Below are positions 1 to 8,375 of a stretch of 55,865 nucleotides of DNA, piece by piece. Below the pieces are notes generated by a model. That model was not told the DNA's origin. It was given only the letters and a program-made list of their open reading frames with translations, and searched no databases. How positions within the stretch are numbered: the stretch's first letter is position 1; each line of letters opens with the position of its first letter. The position numbers were made by a program, and so were the translations under genes. The DNA comes from a virus. The stretch spans positions 1 through 55,865 of the IMG/VR virus record IMGVR_UViG_3300045303_000324; one strand, 5' to 3'.

Positions 1-127
1 ACCGTCGGGCAAAATAGAATGCTTACCCTCCGTTGAAATAGAATGTAAACAGGGCTGAAGCAAGCGCGCGCTGCCGGGTAGGCGTGGCGATTGACCCCAG
101 GTTGGTGTCATTGTGGCGGCCGGAAGT
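1..127. repeat. Terminal direct repeat, copy 1 (identical to 55739..55865)
   Basis: Compared base by base by eye: 1-127 equals 55739-55865. The repeat is bounded by both contig ends. Confidence 0.95.
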
Positions 128-227
128 GATCGGCTCGTCCTGGGGCAAATACGAGCGAAGTAAATATAACTGTTATTGTGGGCGAAAACTGTGGGCGTAA
201 ACCGTTGTCACTTCAACATGGGACAAA

Positions 228-614
228 TCACTTCGACGCTGCAACGTCGGGCACCACTACAGGTTGTGGTTCATTCGCTGGAGGTAGAACAATCGGCGCC
301 GGAGGATCGGCTGGCTTGTTCGCCGCCTCTTTGACGCCTGCTTCAGCGCCTTTGCCGCGGTCTGTCCGCTTCTTTGGCTGGACCTGAGGCCGCAACGAAC
401 CTGGCAGAGGTTTGCCGCGGTGAATTCGCACTCGGTCGTCGGCATCGGTCCAGGATCGAATCGACTGCGCAATCACGCGTGAAGTCTCCAAGTCCTCTTC
501 GCTTACTTGTTGAGTCGCGAGTTTGATAACGATGTCATAGGCAACTTTGCGCAGGACATAGCTTTGAGTCAGACCTTGGGTATTTGTCTTTGGTTCTTCA
601 ACTTCGAGGTTCAT
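228..614 (-). CDS. hypothetical protein with a basic, Pro-rich C-terminus
   Basis: 128-aa ORF, the last gene of a leftward unit. No family recognised. Confidence 0.5.
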   Translation of the reverse strand: MNLEVEEPKTNTQGLTQSYVLRKVAYDIVIKLATQQVSEEDLETSRVIAQSIRSWTDADDRVRIHRGKPLPGSLRPQVQPKKRTDRGKGAEAGVKEAANKPADPPAPIVLPPANEPQPVVVPDVAASK

Positions 615-675
615 AACGGCAACTGACTATCGCTACACGTAATCGGTAGAAGCGTCAAGGAAAGTGAATCCACCT

Positions 676-704
676 AAAAAAAATCCCCGGTAGTGAGCCG
701 GGGG
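676..704 (-). terminator. Rho-independent terminator (minus strand)
   Basis: The minus strand reads TCCCCGG-CTCACTA-CCGGGGA followed by T8. This lies just downstream of ORF 725..925. Confidence 0.6.
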
Positions 705-724
705 ATGAGAGTGAAGATCGGCGT

Positions 725-925
725 TCAATAGTTCATCGAATAATCGTAATCGCCGCCGGAGGAATCTTCAGAGTAACGCGCGCGACGGTGACATTTACGG
801 CAGACAGCGCTCGTGGAATCTTTTGGTAGCTTGCGACCGCAGGACGCGCAGTTGAAACTACCGTCGGAGTTTGGACAACCGCCGTTCTCGTGGCCGCAAC
901 AAGGGTAATCTTCGCAACGTGACAT
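725..925 (-). CDS. small Cys-rich zinc-ribbon-like protein
   Basis: 66 aa with 8 Cys, including the pairs CASC and CRKC. Confidence 0.55.
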   Translation of the reverse strand: MSRCEDYPCCGHENGGCPNSDGSFNCASCGRKLPKDSTSAVCRKCHRRARYSEDSSGGDYDYSMNY

Positions 926-930
926 AGGTT

Positions 931-1104
931 TTATCGGGGTATGGTAGCATTGACCGAGACGGAGATTTGTTTCCCATCGTGGACCGCGGTAGTCGGTTGG
1001 AAGCCAGCGCTTCCGGCGACGAGGATAGTTTTACCTGACTTCGAGACCTGGGGGTTTATTTCAAGTTCCAGGATGAGCTTACCGTTTTCTATTTTGGCTT
1101 TCAT
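931..1104 (-). CDS. small beta-rich early protein, function unknown
   Basis: ATG at 1104 (MKAKIENGKLILELEIN...). The longer track ORF reaching 1164 starts at TTG and would overlap the predicted promoter. Confidence 0.5.
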   Translation of the reverse strand: MKAKIENGKLILELEINPQVSKSGKTILVAGSAGFQPTTAVHDGKQISVSVNATIPR

Positions 1105-1155
1105 TTGACGAGTTTTGTTAGTTTTTTCGTTGCGCTCTTGATTGCGCTCGGGTGA

Positions 1156-1219
1156 ACCATACAAGGTGAAAAGATTGTGTCAAGTATTTTGTTGACACTG
1201 GGCAAGGGGAGTGTAGATT
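1156..1219. promoter_or_regulatory. Back-to-back sigma70-like promoters with a palindromic operator
   Basis: Plus strand: TTGACA (1192-1197), 16-nt spacer, TAGATT (1214-1219). Minus strand: TTGACA (1183-1178), 16-nt spacer, TATGGT (1161-1156). The two -35 boxes form the inverted repeat GTGTCAA-N8-TTGACAC. Confidence 0.45.
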
Positions 1220-1450
1220 TGCGGCAGTGCCAAAGCACTGCGCCGACGACTCGCCCGGCAGTTTGATCCGGGAGATGTCGCGGCGCGGAGCGACGAACAT
1301 ATTCTTGCGGCTTACCTGCTCTGTGGGCTTTGCCAAAATCCACTGTTCGCCAACACCGCAGCCGCGATTCAAAACCCTGCCAGCGTCGAAGAATTTCTAA
1401 CGCTGACGGAAATGGCGCTGGCAACACACCGCTGCCCGTCGAAAAACTAA

Positions 1451-1777
1451 ATGACCTCGAACGACTACAAAACAGAGCGCCAAAAGCGCGGGACACAAAA
1501 CGAAGTCGCGGCCCTACTCGGTGTAAAACAGGAAACGATCTCCCGCCGCGAGACGGGCGGGGAAATAACCCGCGAAGCATGGCTTGCACTGCTCTCGCTG
1601 CCGAAGAAAAGGAAACGCCGTGAAACCGTTAATTGCAACGCTCATCAGGGTTACACCAAAGACTTTCATTACCTGCAATACCAAACAAGCGATGGGGTTT
1701 GGCACGACATACCCGATGCTTTTGAAGATAAAACGGCGTATAGCATAGATAGAACCTCGGAATACGACAACCCATGA
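1451..1777 (+). CDS. HTH DNA-binding protein (XRE/Cro-like)
   Basis: GTQNEVAALLGVKQETISRRETG is a helix-turn-helix. It is the first gene of the rightward block downstream of the promoter. Confidence 0.7.
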   Translation: MTSNDYKTERQKRGTQNEVAALLGVKQETISRRETGGEITREAWLALLSLPKKRKRRETVNCNAHQGYTKDFHYLQYQTSDGVWHDIPDAFEDKTAYSIDRTSEYDNP

Positions 1778-1959
1778 AACGCACCGGACATCGCCTGTGT
1801 TCACCGGGCAAGGTGAAAGCCTATTTCCAAGCCGATATTGACGCGGCAATGGACGTTGTGATCCGGCTATCTGACAACGACCGATACGACGGCAAGAAAT
1901 TTATTCGTGAAGTAATCCGCAAACTTAAACCGTGGGGAACTGATGATCACTCTTTCTGA
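1774..1959 (+). CDS. hypothetical protein
   Basis: 61-aa ORF whose start overlaps the previous stop (ATGA). Confidence 0.45.
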   Translation: MKRTGHRLCSPGKVKAYFQADIDAAMDVVIRLSDNDRYDGKKFIREVIRKLKPWGTDDHSF

Positions 1960-2140
1960 CACTGACCCGATGCCATATGGCAAACACAAAGGGATTCCCA
2001 TGCAGGACGTGCCCGCAAATTATCTGCATTATCTGTGGCATAACGGGCTGCAACACGATCAAACCTCGAATGTGGCCCAATATATCAGGACAAATTTGCA
2101 CGCTCTAAAAGTTGAAAACCCCGATTTACTTTGGTCTTGA
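1943..2140 (+). CDS. DUF3820-like protein
   Basis: MPYGKHKGIPMQDVPANYLHYLW matches the DUF3820 signature as I recall it. Confidence 0.6.
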   Translation: MITLSDTDPMPYGKHKGIPMQDVPANYLHYLWHNGLQHDQTSNVAQYIRTNLHALKVENPDLLWS

Positions 2141-2337
2141 TCCCATGACTTACCACATACCAAACGCGAGACAAGGACTGGCTCGGTTTAGCAGTCCAAT
2201 GGAGGATACGCTTAGTCCGCAGTCGTTGTGCGTGATCCTCGAATTGATAGACGGAGCGGGCACGATTGCGGCGTGCCTGTCTCCGGGGGACTAAATATGA
2301 ACAAACAAACCAACTCCTTTTACTGACCCCAGACACC

Positions 2338-2562
2338 ATGAAAACCCCCCAATGGTTCAAAAAACTCGACGCCTGGACGGATCGGCAGCCTGTTCACTCG
2401 CTGATTCTGATTGGCGTGCTGTGTCTCACCGGCCTCGTGCTGGCGTGCTGGCTGGACTCAATCAGCGCGCGTCAACAAGGTCCGATATTCTGCACTGGCT
2501 TCTTCGTCGGCCTGTTCGTCGGCGCCGCAGCTCACGTCGCGGACTTGAAGAGGAAATCGTAA
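2338..2562 (+). CDS. small membrane protein
   Basis: ATG at 2338. Two hydrophobic helices (LILIGVLCLTGLVLACWL and FCTGFFVGLFVGAAA). Confidence 0.5.
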   Translation: MKTPQWFKKLDAWTDRQPVHSLILIGVLCLTGLVLACWLDSISARQQGPIFCTGFFVGLFVGAAAHVADLKRKS

Positions 2563-2765
2563 TGCCAACCGCTTACTTCACTTTCGGACAGTCGCACGCT
2601 CACCGAGTCAACGGCAAAACGTTCGATTGTGATTCCGTTGTCAAGATCACGTCGGAAGATCCGCGACAAACCATGTGGGATCATTTTGGCGCTAAATGGG
2701 CGATGCAGTACGACGACGTGCCGCCCAATATGCACTATTACCCGCGTGGAATCATCGAGCTATGA
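2562..2765 (+). CDS. conserved small phage protein, function unknown
   Basis: ATG 2562 overlaps the previous stop (TAATG). 67 aa, MPTAYFTFGQSHAH... Confidence 0.55.
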   Translation: MPTAYFTFGQSHAHRVNGKTFDCDSVVKITSEDPRQTMWDHFGAKWAMQYDDVPPNMHYYPRGIIEL

Positions 2766-2923
2766 CCCGCTACCGCGTTGCGTTTCATTCCCTTGCCGTA
2801 GATGGCCCCGTGCTGTGGCCGACCAGGTTCCGGTTCGCCTGGACCGCGCGCGTGTTCTGCTGGATTCTGCAACGCCAGTGCGGGAAAGAGAGATGGTTTT
2901 ATTGCGTGAAGGAGGAAGCATGA
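2762..2923 (+). CDS. hypothetical 53-aa protein
   Basis: This is the tail of track ORF 2696..2923. ATG 2762 overlaps the upstream stop (ATGA), and its own stop overlaps ATG 2920 (ATGA), forming a coupling chain. Confidence 0.4.
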   Translation: MTRYRVAFHSLAVDGPVLWPTRFRFAWTARVFCWILQRQCGKERWFYCVKEEA

Positions 2924-3318
2924 GCGATTGGAAATTTCTAAACCTTCACCGTTTCAAAAAACCTTCCGACCGAGCCCTGTCGATGTATTGGAGCGAAGAC
3001 AGTGACGGCTTCAATGGTCTGTTCCGATTCGTGCTAGACACTCGGTGGGTGCGCTGTATCGCGTCTGACGGCATGGATTGGCAACACGTCTCCGTAAGCA
3101 TCGAAGAAAGCCAGCACCCGCCAACATGGAACATGATGTGCAAGGTGAAAGACCTTTTCTGGGAGCCGGAAGATTGGGTCTGCCAGTTTCACCCCGCACA
3201 CAGCGAATACGTCAACCATCATCCCGGTTGTCTGCACCTCTGGCGTCCAACTGCCGAAAAGTTGCCAACTCCCTTGTCGATCATGGTTGGTCCTAAACCT
3301 GGAAAGATAATCGCATGA
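2920..3318 (+). CDS. conserved phage protein, function unknown
   Basis: GGAGGA lies upstream of ATG 2920. 132 aa. The pattern WQHVSVSIEE..PPTWNMMCKVKDLFW..CLHLW recalls a recurrent phage family. Confidence 0.6.
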   Translation: MSDWKFLNLHRFKKPSDRALSMYWSEDSDGFNGLFRFVLDTRWVRCIASDGMDWQHVSVSIEESQHPPTWNMMCKVKDLFWEPEDWVCQFHPAHSEYVNHHPGCLHLWRPTAEKLPTPLSIMVGPKPGKIIA

Positions 3319-3323
3319 CATTC

Positions 3324-3358
3324 AACTCAAGACTCAAGACTCGTAACTCTGAACACGG
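3324..3358 (+). repeat. Tandem heptamer array A
   Basis: AACTCAA GACTCAA GACTCGT AACTCTG AACACGG, in an intergenic gap. Confidence 0.6.
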
Positions 3359-3370
3359 TTCATTTATCAG

Positions 3371-3562
3371 ATGAAAAAAAGATTAATCAATCTGCTGGCC
3401 GTTTTCTTTGGGCTTTCGGTGTGGTTGGGAATACCCATGCTGCTGTTGCTCACACCCATCAAATGCAATGACGAGTTATTCGTGGTCGCATTCGTTTGGG
3501 GAACAGTAGGAATGCCGTTGGGACTTAGATGCTGGTTGTTCGTAAAGGAAAAATACCAATGA
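3371..3562 (+). CDS. small membrane protein
   Basis: 63 aa with two hydrophobic segments. Confidence 0.5.
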   Translation: MKKRLINLLAVFFGLSVWLGIPMLLLLTPIKCNDELFVVAFVWGTVGMPLGLRCWLFVKEKYQ

Positions 3563-3984
3563 AAATCAAGACCCATTCCGAACACGGCAGTTTCACCCTC
3601 GCCGTCATTCTGGTCGTGGCCACAGTCGTCGTCGTCGGCCTCGGTGGCTGCGTTGTTCACAAACTTCAGAAGAAAGTGGACGACTTCAACGAGAAACGAC
3701 GCCAGCAAGAGACCAACGAGGTTGAGAACTTCGCCGGACAGGCGTTGCAGGATTATGTCGCGCAGACAGGCGACACCGGCGCTTTCACGCTCACCTCGAT
3801 CACTTGGGCGACTCAGGAAATGAATCTGCCGACCGTGTGGCAGGTTCAAACGTCGTCGAATCTGATTGATTGGGAAGTCGTACTCGAGACGCAGGACTCA
3901 GCCGCCGCGGATTCGGCCGTGTCGCAGCAATTGTCCCAACCACGAACCGAAGCCATGCGGTTTTTCAGGCTACTCTCCAAATGA
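3559..3984 (+). CDS. membrane-anchored protein
   Basis: ATG 3559 overlaps the previous stop (ATGA). N-terminal TM helix FTLAVILVVATVVVVGLGG and a C-terminal ...SSNLIDWEVV...RFFRLLSK tail. Confidence 0.55.
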   Translation: MKIKTHSEHGSFTLAVILVVATVVVVGLGGCVVHKLQKKVDDFNEKRRQQETNEVENFAGQALQDYVAQTGDTGAFTLTSITWATQEMNLPTVWQVQTSSNLIDWEVVLETQDSAAADSAVSQQLSQPRTEAMRFFRLLSK

Positions 3985-4301
3985 CACGAGAAATACTTTG
4001 TCCGAAGTGCGGCGATAAACTTGGTCCGATGCACCCGGAAGACGTTGCGATGGGATTTCATCGGAGGCAGATATTTGGGCTGGCACACAAGCCAGCGGTA
4101 CACCAAGTGAAAATCAATGATGATCCACCGATAAACCTTCCCTCTTTGGTTTGTGATCACTGCGGTAACGGAATCTCGGACGGCACCCCAGCCAGAGCGG
4201 TCACTTATTGGAGAGACGGCGAACAGCCTCGCGATTGGGAAGGCGAATACCTCACTCCACCACCGGCAAGTCCACCGGGTGCGGCCCAAGATACTCCGTG
4301 A
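3981..4301 (+). CDS. zinc-ribbon protein
   Basis: ATG 3981 overlaps the previous stop (ATGA). Contains CPKC and CDHC pairs. Confidence 0.5.
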   Translation: MTREILCPKCGDKLGPMHPEDVAMGFHRRQIFGLAHKPAVHQVKINDDPPINLPSLVCDHCGNGISDGTPARAVTYWRDGEQPRDWEGEYLTPPPASPPGAAQDTP

Positions 4302-5025
4302 GATCGTTGTTTTTGGGCACGGATTCGGGGTTGAGGCGCCATTGCTCGATCGTACTGACCAGCTCGCAGCCATAGAATTTCTCCTTTTTGCGTAGCTGGC
4401 CAATGTCCGAGTAGCTGTAGTGGTACATTCGCACCCCGAGCGCGCGCGTTTCTTCCATGCTCAACACGTTCTCCTGCCCGCGGCTCATCCTGGGCGGCTC
4501 ATGCGACAACCAGTGTTCGTTGTCCTGCCACCGGAAAAGCCGGCGCCATGGCAGGGCGTTGCCCCAGACCTCGCGCGACAGCTTCATGTGATGCCGGCGA
4601 TCTCCCCAGAAATGCAGGGCATAGAACTCGCCGTCGGTGTAATCCGAATCGTCCACGGCGGCCTTCAGGCGCTCCAAGTCTTCAGGAAACCAGAACTCGT
4701 CTATGTCCCGCTGGAAGACCCAGCCAGGTTGCATTTGGACCAAGGCCGCGTTGCACATGTCGGTCTTGCCCGCCCAAGGTCGCATGGGGTAAACGACCTT
4801 CAGCTTGGGCAACTCGCGTTCCAGCCGGCGCAAGATGTCCTGAGTGCCATCCGTGGAACCCATTTGCCCGCCAGTGAGCGCGTTGCCGTCGCCGTGCCCG
4901 AGCCCGTCACCGCGCGCGGCGCCGTCCACGACCACGATACGGTCGAAGAACGAGTACAGTGACCGTACGTTGGCCTCGATCCATTCGGCCTCGTTACAGA
5001 CGATTGTGAACGATTGCCAGAGCAT
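4252..5025 (-). CDS. glycosyltransferase, GT-A/GT2-like
   Basis: 257 aa. VVVDGAARGD, GSTDGTQDIL and DIDEFW resemble GT2 nucleotide-sugar transferases. Confidence 0.75.
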   Translation of the reverse strand: MLWQSFTIVCNEAEWIEANVRSLYSFFDRIVVVDGAARGDGLGHGDGNALTGGQMGSTDGTQDILRRLERELPKLKVVYPMRPWAGKTDMCNAALVQMQPGWVFQRDIDEFWFPEDLERLKAAVDDSDYTDGEFYALHFWGDRRHHMKLSREVWGNALPWRRLFRWQDNEHWLSHEPPRMSRGQENVLSMEETRALGVRMYHYSYSDIGQLRKKEKFYGCELVSTIEQWRLNPESVPKNNDLTEYLGPHPVDLPVVE

Positions 5026-5553
5026 TTAGAGTTGGACCACCCAACATTGTCCAATAAGGGTGAATTTGCCAGCAAGCAGCTCTTCCACGGCCTGTTTGAC
5101 GCCGTGATGCTCCGCTCCGAAATCATGCCCAGCGGCAACGCCGCCAGCGCGAACCTTGGGCAACCAAGCGTTGATTCCAGCCTTCACCGCCTCGTAAGTG
5201 TGATCGTCGTCCAGGAAAACCGCCGCCAGATCGTTTCTGACGAGCTTTGACGCGGTGAGGCTGGTTGTCCTAAGGGGGATTACGTTTGAGCATTTGCACT
5301 GCAACATATTGCTTACGAAGCAACCGTACAAATCTTCGCGCGCGTCAACCCGATCAGCAATCGGAGCAAAGTATGGAAAATTATCCACGGCTATGATCGT
5401 CACGTCCGGTAGAACCTTGCTCGACAGATAGGCCGTTGACTTGCCCAAATAGCACCCGACCTCGACCACCACGTCGCCGGGACCAACCTTCGAGGCAATC
5501 AAGTCGTAGGTTTGTTGAAAATCAAACCATCCTTCTATTGATTCCCAAGTCAT
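5026..5553 (-). CDS. class I SAM-dependent methyltransferase (Methyltransf_24-like)
   Basis: VVEVGCYLGKST is SAM motif I. FLDDDHTYEAV...GGVAAGHDF is also present. The stop abuts the start of the next gene. Confidence 0.8.
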   Translation of the reverse strand: MTWESIEGWFDFQQTYDLIASKVGPGDVVVEVGCYLGKSTAYLSSKVLPDVTIIAVDNFPYFAPIADRVDAREDLYGCFVSNMLQCKCSNVIPLRTTSLTASKLVRNDLAAVFLDDDHTYEAVKAGINAWLPKVRAGGVAAGHDFGAEHHGVKQAVEELLAGKFTLIGQCWVVQL

Positions 5554-5635
5554 AAGAAGGACGGACGCGCGGTCTCGGCGAGCCTGCGAATCTTGTCACA
5601 GACACAGGCGTTATCGCTACGCGCGCCGTCCAAAT

Positions 5636-7039
5636 TTATACGAGGTTGTCGATAACTGCGTCCGCCCATAGGTTGTTCCTGTCAAACCACCTGTTCGCTT
5701 CGCGTCGGTTATGGGCATTGGCTTCACGCGCGGCATTTCCAGCCCAAGCCGGCTGGTGTGGCCGGTGCCAGATCGCCGACGGTAACGCCGGTGCACCGAC
5801 GCGCCGCATGAAGGCCAGCATGACCAGATCCCATTGCTCCGCGCCCAGAACCATGTCTGGATACTCGTTTCTCCACTGTTTCCACAGTTTCACGCCGATT
5901 GCGAACAAGTCCACACCGGGGTAAGGCTCCCCGTCCAGCGCATTCTCGTCCAAAGTATCGCTCCGATGCGCATAAGCGGCAGCAAGGGGCCACCTAGCGA
6001 CATCCAGCAGGGTTCCTGTGAGTCCTGGGGCAAATCCCACGTCGTCGTTGGTAATGACGAGCAAATCGGTGTCAGCGGCTTTGTCCGCGGCATTGTTAAG
6101 GATGTCTTTGATCAGGGGCAGCTCGCGGGCGTCGAAATGACGGCACCCACCGATGAATGGCGAATTGTTCCACACGGAACCGTATTCCCTGAGCCACGTC
6201 CGGGAGGCGAGATAATGCCTATCGTGCTGGTACTGGCTGCGTTTGAAATCCGACCAGCAATGCCACAGTTTGGGCTCTGGCCTCGGCTGGATTGCTTGCT
6301 CGACGGCCGCTAGCAGTTCCGCCGCGCGCGCCGGATACTCGCCATAACGGCAACGAAACGCTTGGTTTGGCCTCGTCGCCGTTCCGTGCCAAGAAGTAGG
6401 CCCGTCGGCGATCAGGGCAATCACCGGCAGTCGTGGTGTGGCCCAGGACAGGTGCAGGAAGGCACTGTCGATGGTCACCAAGCAGACGGCGCGGTCGAAT
6501 AACCCGAGCACGTCGTAGATTCGCTCGGCAATTGGGTCTATCACCTTGACTCGATCCCCGAAGGCTGACTTGAGCGATTCCAGCAACGCAGCTCGGTGAG
6601 CAAAAGGGCTGCTGGTCCCGTCGATGGCAAGGAGTATGGTGTTTGAATCAACTCCCAATCGTTCGACCAGCCTGGCTTCGCGCTCGGGGCTTCGTCGGTC
6701 AAAGCACAACACACCGGGCCAGCCTCGCCGTCCAATCTGCGCGAAGGCACTGCGCACGAAGGAATCACCGAGCGCGACTGTCGGCCAGTTCGCGGACCAG
6801 GCTTGCACAATGCGAAGCTCGTCGTATTCACGGGAGAATTCCTGGACGCATGCCTGAAGGTCCCAGTACTGGCCTTTGAAGATCACCGGGCGAACGTAAC
6901 TCACGCCTTCCAGCAGCGGTGCAAACTCTTCGCTCACGATCCAGTCTTGCGGACCTCGGATTCTAAACTCCTCCCATGCGAGCGGAAGGGCGTTGATTAT
7001 GTCGCCGTTTCTGCCCAAGCAACAGTACGCCACGCTCAT
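5636..7039 (-). CDS. two-domain glycosyltransferase (GT9-like N-half, GT-A-like C-half)
   Basis: N-half: GDIINALPL and IDSAFLHLSWATPRLPVIAL are heptosyltransferase-like. C-half: LLVITNDDVGF, GVDLFAI and WD. Confidence 0.65.
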   Translation of the reverse strand: MSVAYCCLGRNGDIINALPLAWEEFRIRGPQDWIVSEEFAPLLEGVSYVRPVIFKGQYWDLQACVQEFSREYDELRIVQAWSANWPTVALGDSFVRSAFAQIGRRGWPGVLCFDRRSPEREARLVERLGVDSNTILLAIDGTSSPFAHRAALLESLKSAFGDRVKVIDPIAERIYDVLGLFDRAVCLVTIDSAFLHLSWATPRLPVIALIADGPTSWHGTATRPNQAFRCRYGEYPARAAELLAAVEQAIQPRPEPKLWHCWSDFKRSQYQHDRHYLASRTWLREYGSVWNNSPFIGGCRHFDARELPLIKDILNNAADKAADTDLLVITNDDVGFAPGLTGTLLDVARWPLAAAYAHRSDTLDENALDGEPYPGVDLFAIGVKLWKQWRNEYPDMVLGAEQWDLVMLAFMRRVGAPALPSAIWHRPHQPAWAGNAAREANAHNRREANRWFDRNNLWADAVIDNLV

Positions 7040-7266
7040 GCACTCTGAACAATCATAGTTCGGTGTTTATCAATCCAATTTCTTAGGCACGCAAGACGAC
7101 AGAAGTGGCAATCTGACTTCAGTTCTGGTTCGATCCACATGTCCGTGACAGCACCGCCGCCACTAGTGAGCCGACGTGTGATGAGTTCCAGCCGGTAACC
7201 GACCGAATTACGGGTGTGAGTAATATCAGCACCGCAACTATCGCATTTGACCGTTGGGTCCATCAT
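7036..7266 (-). CDS. small zinc-binding protein
   Basis: 76 aa with CDSC and CHFCRLAC. Start and stop overlap both neighbours. Confidence 0.5.
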   Translation of the reverse strand: MMDPTVKCDSCGADITHTRNSVGYRLELITRRLTSGGGAVTDMWIEPELKSDCHFCRLACLRNWIDKHRTMIVQSA

Positions 7267-8375
7267 ACCCTCTCCAAACTCCTTTCCACAGGAATTGAGT
7301 CAACCAAACCACGGCAAATTTCCTCCACCTTGGCGTCCAGCTCCTTGCCTTTGAGGCCGGTGTGTTTGCGCACAAGCTCGGTCAGAGATTTGTTGGAAAT
7401 GCTGAAATTCTGGATCACGTCGTCCGGATCAATCCCAAGGTGGATCAGACGCTCATTCAACGACAGTATAGAAGTCACCTTCGTCCTCGTCTCACCCTCT
7501 CGGCTCAGTTTGTAACCGGGCAAGAACTCAGGGTCACGCTCGATCATCGGTTTGACGGCGGCCACGAACGTCTTACGCAACTTGTCGGCCATCGCGAAGG
7601 CGTCGAAGAGTTTGGTGCGCAGCTCAGGTTCCATACTTTGAAGAACCTGGCCGGGATTCTGAAGCAACTTTTCGCTGAACTTGTGAACTGGATTCATCGC
7701 CATGCTGATTGCCTCTTTGCACATTCCGAGCTGAAAACCCCGGCAATACCGACATTGCTTGAGCCCCGGCGTGCGTGGTGCCTCTGGTATGCAGGCGTCG
7801 TACACGTACTCGATCATCTTTCTCAGGGCAGGAATCTCCGCGCGCGTGTACTTCACCGGTGGTGCAGGCTTGCCAAAGCGGGGGATGATCAGCCCGTAGT
7901 ATTCCGGAACGTCAAATCTCTCAGCCAGGCAGGCGATGTACACCGCCAGTTGCTCGTTCAGCTCAGGAGCGTCCACTTCCTCGTAGCCGAATTTGTAGTC
8001 CACGATTGCGACCTTGCCCTTACCGACCATAACAAAGTCGGCATGGTTCAAAAAGACGATCTTATCTTTCAGGGTGTACGGTAACTCGACCTCGATTCTC
8101 TTAACCCAGCCAATCAATTCAAGGCTTTCAAGGAATCGATCACGCAAGGCCAGCTTTTCTTTAACCAGTTCCGTTTGCTCCAAAGTGAGCTTTGTGAAAT
8201 CTTCGGTGCCGGCAGCGAAATGTAGTAACTGCCCTTCCGCCGACCACTCGTTCTCGACTTCCGGAAGACCATCCTCCATCGCGAGACTGCCGTTGCAGAG
8301 ACGACGACGTGTAAAGCAACTCGCTGAAAACAAAGTCCTGGTCACCCTTTGATCTCCTTCACGACCGCCGGCCAT
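7263..8375 (-). CDS. PD-(D/E)XK exonuclease, Cas4/RecB-like
   Basis: ADFVM...VAIVDYKFG nuclease core. N-terminal FSASCF..C plus a C-terminal C-x2-C-x7-C cluster. Located directly downstream of recT. Confidence 0.7.
   Translation of the reverse strand: MAGGREGDQRVTRTLFSASCFTRRRLCNGSLAMEDGLPEVENEWSAEGQLLHFAAGTEDFTKLTLEQTELVKEKLALRDRFLESLELIGWVKRIEVELPYTLKDKIVFLNHADFVMVGKGKVAIVDYKFGYEEVDAPELNEQLAVYIACLAERFDVPEYYGLIIPRFGKPAPPVKYTRAEIPALRKMIEYVYDACIPEAPRTPGLKQCRYCRGFQLGMCKEAISMAMNPVHKFSEKLLQNPGQVLQSMEPELRTKLFDAFAMADKLRKTFVAAVKPMIERDPEFLPGYKLSREGETRTKVTSILSLNERLIHLGIDPDDVIQNFSISNKSLTELVRKHTGLKGKELDAKVEEICRGLVDSIPVERSLERV

Noticed and set aside
178-387. Plus-strand 69-aa ORF near the genome junction.
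   Set aside because: It overlaps the better-supported minus-strand ORF 228..614 and has a Gly/Ala/Thr-rich low-complexity sequence.
2141-2337. A ~200-bp gap containing a GGACTG-N11-CAGTCC hairpin (2174-2197) and a 60-aa TTG-start ORF (2112..2294). I considered both a small RNA and a gene.
   Set aside because: The ORF has a weak start and no coupling. The hairpin alone is not diagnostic, and I could not match it to any RNA family by eye.
4252-7039. The glycosyltransferase cluster as a DNA hypermodification (glucosyl-hmC/hmU type) pathway.
   Set aside because: No dNMP hydroxymethylase or thymidylate-synthase homologue, no dNTP pyrophosphatase and no DNA polymerase are encoded. The GT9-like domain points to LPS-type acceptors. 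This is not excluded, only unsupported.
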